Shown: piece after piece, positions 57,681 to 64,000 of the stretch | Position numbering within the stretch: the stretch's first letter is position 1 | How the letters are laid out: every line of letters starts with the position of its first letter | Source of the DNA: a bacterium | GTDB lineage: Bacteria; Zhuqueibacterota; Zhuqueibacteria; Residuimicrobiales; Krinioviventaceae | Direction of reading: 5' to 3' | Assembly: GCA_963693055.1 (NCBI GenBank) | Contig: OY843751.1 | Location: 1,504,001 to 1,568,000 of the forward strand | DNA: 64,000 bases | Made by a program: the position numbers and the translations under genes | The notes under the pieces: model-generated | What the model was told of the DNA's origin: nothing | The model's input: only the letters and a program-made list of their open reading frames with translations | The model's database searches: none

Positions 57681-57710
57681 CCGGTTTCTGACAAGAGAGC
57701 CAGAAACCGG
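57681..57710. terminator. hairpin between convergent genes
   Basis: CCGGTTTCTG...CAGAAACCGG. Confidence 0.55.
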
Positions 57711-57721
57711 ACATTAAGATT

Positions 57722-58642
57722 TTATCGTGTAACTGTTATCCAGGTTGTGTCCGCAACGAAAGAGCCGAATACACCAATACCGTCTCCTTCAATGGCAAAG
57801 ATGGGTTCGTGAAAATTGCCATCATCTTCCTGCACATCCTCATAGGTATCAATGAATTTGCCGTAATTTTCATCCACCACCATGAGATTGATCTGGTGTC
57901 TGCCATAAAACCAGAGATCAGACCACCAGACCCTGAAATCGGTTTGACCGGGGGTGTCATCAATATTGATGATATAGTTGTATTCATCAATGTAATCATT
58001 ATAATGATCAATTACATCTTGCTCATCCAACTTTTCTATGGGATTGTCATAGATAAAGGAATCAAGCTCTGCATCCATGGCATTGACTACCATCATGTAA
58101 AAATCAGAACCAACAGCATGATCGAATGTGACCATAAATTCTAACACCTCATTGTTTTCATCTTTTTGCCGATATTGCAGTTCCGTATAATTGATATCTG
58201 CAATTTTAAAGGTGGCAGAGGGTACTGTCGTTGTGGATGATGCATTCAGAGTTTTTCCATCGATAACTGCTGATACCTGAATGCTGTAGGTTTTATCATT
58301 CTCGACCAGAACACTATTATCCGTGCAATACCAGTAATAATCATCCAAAGATCCATTGTTTGTTGAATGAAATGCCAGGTCATACGTGATATTATCCGTT
58401 TCGTTGGTAAGCAGAACCTGGGTTGTGTTTGGATCCGAAATCAAGTTTGTGTTGTTTAAATCAGTCCCTACGGGTACATTGCGTGTAATCCGTATATCTT
58501 TGATAGGATTCCCTGCCGCCAAAAATCCTTCTATAACGATTTTAGATTCAAACCCGCTGTTGCTGGGTTCCATTGTTGCTTTACCGCAAGCTATCAAAAG
58601 TAATGCAGGCAATATATATGTTATTAATTTAATTGTTTTCAT
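57722..58642 (-). CDS. DUF4249-like lipoprotein
   Basis: Lipobox LIAC; KIVIEGFL; C-terminal IEG.GIGVFGS; follows a TonB receptor. Confidence 0.75.
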   Translation of the reverse strand: MKTIKLITYILPALLLIACGKATMEPSNSGFESKIVIEGFLAAGNPIKDIRITRNVPVGTDLNNTNLISDPNTTQVLLTNETDNITYDLAFHSTNNGSLDDYYWYCTDNSVLVENDKTYSIQVSAVIDGKTLNASSTTTVPSATFKIADINYTELQYRQKDENNEVLEFMVTFDHAVGSDFYMMVVNAMDAELDSFIYDNPIEKLDEQDVIDHYNDYIDEYNYIINIDDTPGQTDFRVWWSDLWFYGRHQINLMVVDENYGKFIDTYEDVQEDDGNFHEPIFAIEGDGIGVFGSFVADTTWITVTR

Positions 58643-58656
58643 TATGTATTCTCCAG

Positions 58657-60951
58657 TTAAAAGTGTACATTAACGCCCAATGTTGGCAATATGGGAAGCA
58701 TATAAATCTCTTCAAAATCCGGTTTTCCATTGTCGTAATCATAATTCACGAACCATACATTACGGCGGTTACCCACATTATATATCTGCAAAAAGGGCTC
58801 AAGCATCCAGGTTGTGAATTGTTTTTGCCAGGTCATGCTCAGGTCAAGGCGGGCGTAATAGGGCAAACGCACATTGTTGATCAGAGTCGGTGCAAATTCT
58901 ACATTTCTGCCCGGCGAATAGGGAGAACGGGCGATTACGTATTGAGAGCCGGGCTCTGTATATGGCTGACCGGTAGAATAGACAAAGTTTGAACCAAATA
59001 TCATATTGCCGCCCCACATTCTGCGAGAATAATTGGCAACAATATTTAATGTTGAACTGCGGTCATGTCTGGGTGCAAAGGGGCGTCCCTTGTTGATATT
59101 GTCTACTGTATATTCTGTTTTGGAGTACGAGTAACCAATCCATCCGCTGATGCGGCCAAAGTTCTTGCGCAGCAGCAATTCCATACCCCAGGAATCCCCG
59201 TCACCCCGATTAAAAACACCGCGGGTAGATTCGTCATAGACAGGATATCCATTCTCATCATAATAAGCGGGTTCTACATAGGCACCCATGTTGTTATTGA
59301 TGGAAAATAAATTGTTATATTCTTTGTAAAAGGTTTCTATTTCAAGTTCTACATCCTGCATGATCTCGTGTTGGTATCCCAAAATAAAGTGATTGGACTT
59401 GGATACATCGCGATACTGGTTGGCAACCGTCCAGATATCTGAAAATAAAAAACGTGGCATACGATGCAGATACTGGTAATACTTGCCGGTAGCGGCTTTG
59501 ATCATTGCTTTTTCACTCAACCGGTATTTTAAAGAAAATCTTGGTGCAACATTGTTAAAATTTTTATCGGATCTGAAATGATTATATCTTAGACCGGTTT
59601 CAATGTTCCAGATAGGATTCGGAGTCCATATAACCTTTGCATAACCCACAGTATGGGTAGGCTCCATTAGGATCTTGATTGCACCCTGGTCTTTTACATA
59701 TTGATCATATTTATTCTGTAAATATTTTTGTTCAAATCCGAATTTGGTTGAGAAATGAGAAGAAAGATAATATTCAAGATTACCCTTCATGGTTAAATCT
59801 TGAAGCTCATTTTTTTCACTGACGTAAAACATGGGCATTTCAAAATCTGAACTAAAGCGACTGCCTGTAAGCCAAAAATTGGAAAACAATTTCGGTGAAA
59901 ATATATGGGTCCAGCGCACGCTTGAAGTCTGGTTTCCCCAGTCATAATGAAATCCACTGGATTCTGTAGATTCGTTGTTAAAAGTCAGGTTCAGCACATC
60001 ATTCCCTCCATAGGTGCTGATGGTGAGGCGATTACTATCATCCAGCTCAAAAAAGGCTTTAATATTTCCATCCCAGTAATAATATTCCGGAATATCATCC
60101 ATCATTTTTCCTACGGTCTGGTCAAAATATGTCCTTCTGATAGAGCCGGAAATAGAGCCGATTTTTCCCACCGGCATCTGGACTGTTGTTTTTGCCGACA
60201 ATAAGCTGATAGACGTGGTATTTTCAAAACGTTCACGGTTTCCGTCCAGGTTGGTTATATCCAGTACGGAAGAAAGGCGTCCACCATATTCCGCACCGTA
60301 ACCACCCTTGTGCACATCCACATGTTTGATGGCATCGGTATTGAATGTTGAAAATAAACCGAATGCGTGCTCGGGATTATATACATCGGTACCATCCAGC
60401 ATGATCAGGTTCTGGTCCGGGGTGCCCCCGCGAATATACAATGCCGATGAATAGTCTGACAAGGGTAAAATACCCGGCAAGGTCACCAATGTACGCATCA
60501 AATCCGCTTCTGCGATTTGTGGCACGCGTTTGAGCTGCATGGGATTGATCTCAATTTTTGATATGGATTTACGATACATTTTTTCAACCGTCGGTACCGA
60601 ATCTGCCGAAACAATTACCGTTTCGCCCAACAAGGCGGTTTCACTCAAAACTGCATTGATCTGGAGATTTTCACCTGTTTTAATATTTAATGTTTTGCTG
60701 AAAATATCATAACCCAGCATGGAAATAACCAGTTCATATCTCCCCGGTTGGATTTTGGGGATCACATAGTACCCGCTGTTGTTTGTGCTGCAACCGATAT
60801 AGGTGTCTTTAAAAAATACATTGACCCCAATGAGCGCTTCACCGGTTGCCTCGTCGGTAACGAATCCACGCAGGGTTGAGAAATCTCCCTCGGCGAAAAC
60901 CGCGTTGATGCACAAAAAGATGATGAAAAGAATGTTAATGATGCGTTTCAT
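58657..60951 (-). CDS. TonB-dependent receptor
   Basis: CarboxypepD-like N-domain, plug (LPG, IRGG, YGGRLSSV), beta-barrel, terminal F. Confidence 0.92.
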   Translation of the reverse strand: MKRIINILFIIFLCINAVFAEGDFSTLRGFVTDEATGEALIGVNVFFKDTYIGCSTNNSGYYVIPKIQPGRYELVISMLGYDIFSKTLNIKTGENLQINAVLSETALLGETVIVSADSVPTVEKMYRKSISKIEINPMQLKRVPQIAEADLMRTLVTLPGILPLSDYSSALYIRGGTPDQNLIMLDGTDVYNPEHAFGLFSTFNTDAIKHVDVHKGGYGAEYGGRLSSVLDITNLDGNRERFENTTSISLLSAKTTVQMPVGKIGSISGSIRRTYFDQTVGKMMDDIPEYYYWDGNIKAFFELDDSNRLTISTYGGNDVLNLTFNNESTESSGFHYDWGNQTSSVRWTHIFSPKLFSNFWLTGSRFSSDFEMPMFYVSEKNELQDLTMKGNLEYYLSSHFSTKFGFEQKYLQNKYDQYVKDQGAIKILMEPTHTVGYAKVIWTPNPIWNIETGLRYNHFRSDKNFNNVAPRFSLKYRLSEKAMIKAATGKYYQYLHRMPRFLFSDIWTVANQYRDVSKSNHFILGYQHEIMQDVELEIETFYKEYNNLFSINNNMGAYVEPAYYDENGYPVYDESTRGVFNRGDGDSWGMELLLRKNFGRISGWIGYSYSKTEYTVDNINKGRPFAPRHDRSSTLNIVANYSRRMWGGNMIFGSNFVYSTGQPYTEPGSQYVIARSPYSPGRNVEFAPTLINNVRLPYYARLDLSMTWQKQFTTWMLEPFLQIYNVGNRRNVWFVNYDYDNGKPDFEEIYMLPILPTLGVNVHF

Positions 60952-61020
60952 GAATGTTCTCCATTAATTTGTTCATGTATAGACATACGTTTCCTGTGCG
61001 TGATGATTTGAATGGATTAA

Positions 61021-61806
61021 TCACCTGCCAACCAGGTTAATGTTGCCGTTTGTACTGCTTAATGTTATTGTGCTTTTACCGTCTCCGAGCTGTTCCTGCA
61101 ATGCCCGTGTAGGAAGTTTATTCGGGTCAATTGTTAACCCGCTTGCTTGAATCATTCCATTGTTTACGGATGCATAGAGCCAGGCAGATGTGCTCTGTGG
61201 AATGGTAAGTGAAATAGATCCGTTTTCAGTTTTGAAATTTTGTTCGCAATATTCCGGTACATTTACGTTTGCATTGATACTGCCATTGGTTACCGTGGCA
61301 TTCAGACCACCATAGATTTCGTCGAGATAGATATCTCCGTTTACAATCCTGGCCTGGGTATGCGCATGCAAGGTGTTTGCGTGAATCGACCCATTGACCA
61401 GAACAAGCGCTGTTGACCAGTTTTCCGGAATTTGGATCTGGTAACTTGAAAAATAACTGCGGCCCTGAGAGTCATCCGGTTGGCGTGTCTGTACATAGAG
61501 AGATTGATCTTCTTCAGAGATATCGATATACATATCGTCAAGATAATGCAATGCGTCTGCTTTGCTCTCTGACTCGACACGTTTTGTTCCGGATATTCGG
61601 ACAGAATCTGTCTCATTTATACCGGTAACCACTACCGGTCCGTTGACTGCATACAGAACCAGTCTGTTTTTCCCCATTGAGGACAATGTATATGTAAAAT
61701 CTGACTCGGCTGATGCCTGAATATGATCGACATTGTATATATTGTCTGATATATTGCAGCTAAATGTCAGAAATGCTGCCAATAAAATGATAATCAGTTG
61801 TTTCAT
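61021..61806 (-). CDS. DUF4097 beta-strand repeat lipoprotein
   Basis: Lipobox TFSC; repeated xNGxI motifs. Confidence 0.8.
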   Translation of the reverse strand: MKQLIIILLAAFLTFSCNISDNIYNVDHIQASAESDFTYTLSSMGKNRLVLYAVNGPVVVTGINETDSVRISGTKRVESESKADALHYLDDMYIDISEEDQSLYVQTRQPDDSQGRSYFSSYQIQIPENWSTALVLVNGSIHANTLHAHTQARIVNGDIYLDEIYGGLNATVTNGSINANVNVPEYCEQNFKTENGSISLTIPQSTSAWLYASVNNGMIQASGLTIDPNKLPTRALQEQLGDGKSTITLSSTNGNINLVGR

Positions 61807-61894
61807 TGTTTCTCCTTTAATCTTATCCATATATTGATGATAATTTTAAAAGAGAACCCGGGTTCGTGATATCCCGTCGGATATCACTATAGCG

Positions 61895-62593
61895 CTATAT
61901 CTTTAAACGTCTCAAAGCTGATTCAATCTGGTTCAAAATTTGTGTATCGGTATTTTCACAAGCCTGGCATTGTTTAAGCGCAGCTTGATATGCGTCAATA
62001 GCCTGGCCAGGTTCATTTAATTCTTCAAATGTTAACGCCAGATAGTAATTGATCTTTCCACAATCTGTTGTAGTATTGGTCTTGCTTGATATTTTTTTCA
62101 ACTTGACAACTGTATTGGTATAAAATTGTTGATTGTACAAGGCCAATGCGCCATTGAATTCCTGATTCCAGGATTGTGTGTTTTCCTGTGATTCTGTATT
62201 ATTTATAGTTGTTTTCATTTCACCATGAACAACACTGACGTTGCCCACCCGTAATTTTGCTTTATCTTCTCTGGGTGCAATTTTGTCGACTTTGGATGAC
62301 ATGAGATAGAGAAACATTTCCCGTTTGGTAATGCGCCGCAAATCACCAATGTCAAGTATGGAATTACTTCCCAGGTGAAAGATGGTTCCATCGTTCATTT
62401 CAAGGTCTGCATTTCCCTCAAGGGTGAGGATAGTATCAATAACTTTTAATATCATCCCATTTGCAGCTTTAGTCCAGTTTTCATCAAGCCCACGCCGGAC
62501 TCTGACATCTCCATCAACATTGCTGATGGTAACATCTGCAAACGTAAATTGGGATAATAATAAAATAAACAACAAACCGAATGCTTTTTTCAT
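61895..62593 (-). CDS. secreted FecR-like domain plus TPR protein
   Basis: Signal peptide; G.V.VRR....W...GM.L...D; C-terminal YYLA...AIDAYQ. Confidence 0.7.
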   Translation of the reverse strand: MKKAFGLLFILLLSQFTFADVTISNVDGDVRVRRGLDENWTKAANGMILKVIDTILTLEGNADLEMNDGTIFHLGSNSILDIGDLRRITKREMFLYLMSSKVDKIAPREDKAKLRVGNVSVVHGEMKTTINNTESQENTQSWNQEFNGALALYNQQFYTNTVVKLKKISSKTNTTTDCGKINYYLALTFEELNEPGQAIDAYQAALKQCQACENTDTQILNQIESALRRLKI

Positions 62594-62607
62594 AATATGC
62601 CTCAATA

Positions 62608-64000
62608 TTAAAATTGGTCAATGATTTTGACCCATTGTTCTGCCAACCCGTTTCTCAAAATACCTTCCTCCAGGTATATTGAGGCGCCGGTTTTCCATGC
62701 TTCTTCAAAGCCTTTTGAGATCAGGGTGGTTTCCACAGGGATCCACACCTGTTGGATACCGGACGGGTCCTCGCGAACGATATAACGTTTTTCATTTGTA
62801 CTGATCAATTTACCCTGAGACACATCGAGCCCGCTGTTGAAAAGCAGATAAAGATGCGCAATGTTTTTTTCGGGATCACGGACCTCAACAAACGCGGTCT
62901 TGATTCCTACGCTTTCCAGTAACGAACTAAACAGTACTACCAGATCGTCGCAATCACCATGACCCAATTCCAGGGTTTCCTGAGCAAACTGTACCCGGTC
63001 ATCCTGATAAAACACAATATTGGGATCAGAAAGATATCGGATGTTTCTGGAATTCAATTCTTGAAATATAGCACGAGCAATTTCAAAATTACGATTTGTT
63101 GTGTTTTTATCTGATTGAACAGATGCCGCTATGGATCTGGCCAGTTCAAGAATCTGTGGATCTTCGGGACTCAGGTAATAGCCCAGTTTTTCCATGTCTC
63201 CGCTCCAGGCATTGCGGGTATGAATAACAATTTCCTGACTCAGGTTTTGCTTGTATGTAACCGCTGCCCGCGCTTCAATATCCAGATCAATAATTGCCGT
63301 TTTACTTTGGGATATATCCAGATATCGTGGGCCGAAAAAGGCGGTCACGGGTATGTTGCGGGTTTCACCGCCTTCTAATTTTACAAATCCGCTGTCTTTG
63401 GGACGTTCGGAATATCCTTGAACGGTACAGCGTACATTGACTTCTACTTCCTGTCCCAGCATGTTTTTTACAGTGACCATGGCAATGGGATATGTAGAAT
63501 AAAACTGATAATATGCAGGATAAATGTCAGAGACCAGTAACTGCGTTCCCAGTACTTTGATGGCCTCGCGTTTTTGTCCCCACATGAATGAGAAACCCAT
63601 GGTAAATTGCATGCCGTTATAGTCGTATTCTGAATCCATATCTACAAAATGGTAACGGGTATCAAAATTGAGTGCAAACCAGCTTGCCAGTACAATATTG
63701 GTACCTACTCCTAAATATGCTCCAAAATCCTGTTTGTTGGTTACAGTCGTTTCTGAATTGTTTAAATTATTTACATCCAGGTCGATATTGACTCCATCGA
63801 TAGTCGAATCAATAATAGAATTGTCAGCAGCTTTTGTATCTACATTTGTCAACCAATAAGGCCCTACACCGGCAGTTACATAGGGATGAAACGCACCGGA
63901 AACCCGGTTTGATATAAAGTCGTAACGTAAACCAATGAGAAAGGGGATGATTGTTTCGACTTTAACATCATCCTGAACACCTCTGTCCTTGATATCTACA
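62608..64000 (-). CDS. outer-membrane beta-barrel fused to Ig-like and transglutaminase-like domains (5' end off window)
   Basis: Frame is open to the window edge (PYVTAGVG, FGAYLGVG..RYH barrel strands); DRVQFAQETL...GDCDD...HLY. Confidence 0.72.
   Translation of the reverse strand, partial: VDIKDRGVQDDVKVETIIPFLIGLRYDFISNRVSGAFHPYVTAGVGPYWLTNVDTKAADNSIIDSTIDGVNIDLDVNNLNNSETTVTNKQDFGAYLGVGTNIVLASWFALNFDTRYHFVDMDSEYDYNGMQFTMGFSFMWGQKREAIKVLGTQLLVSDIYPAYYQFYSTYPIAMVTVKNMLGQEVEVNVRCTVQGYSERPKDSGFVKLEGGETRNIPVTAFFGPRYLDISQSKTAIIDLDIEARAAVTYKQNLSQEIVIHTRNAWSGDMEKLGYYLSPEDPQILELARSIAASVQSDKNTTNRNFEIARAIFQELNSRNIRYLSDPNIVFYQDDRVQFAQETLELGHGDCDDLVVLFSSLLESVGIKTAFVEVRDPEKNIAHLYLLFNSGLDVSQGKLISTNEKRYIVREDPSGIQQVWIPVETTLISKGFEEAWKTGASIYLEEGILRNGLAEQWVKIIDQF

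Overview
Bacterial window, probably FCB-group (KSB1/Calditrichota-like; inferred from QNYPNPFN-type C-terminal domains, FISUMP, TonB and sulfatase genes). It has two parts. (1) Positions 1 to ~39.2 kb look like a genomic island whose right junction is an unrestored 5' half of tRNA-Arg(TCT), cut at the anticodon loop (39205-39244). The island holds the start of a type I-B CRISPR-Cas operon (cas6, 5' end of cas8b/cst1), a translationally coupled phage/plasmid-like operon (sliding clamp, HsdM-like protein without motif IV, Zn-ribbon proteins, small membrane peptides), a serine resolvase and three IS elements (IS256 nested in an IS3 end). It also holds a ~24 kb module bracketed by two directly repeated res-like sites. 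That module encodes a T2SS/type IV filament-like machine, a receiver-less sigma54 activator with palindromic upstream sites, and an Rhs toxin split into three genes that each have a signal peptide, followed by a TolB-like gene. This split Rhs/T2SS module is the best candidate for an undescribed system. (2) Positions ~39.4-64 kb look like host backbone: carbohydrate and sulfate catabolism genes, a Phd-RelE toxin-antitoxin pair and a TonB receptor cluster. All calls come from reading motifs by eye; no database searches were run.
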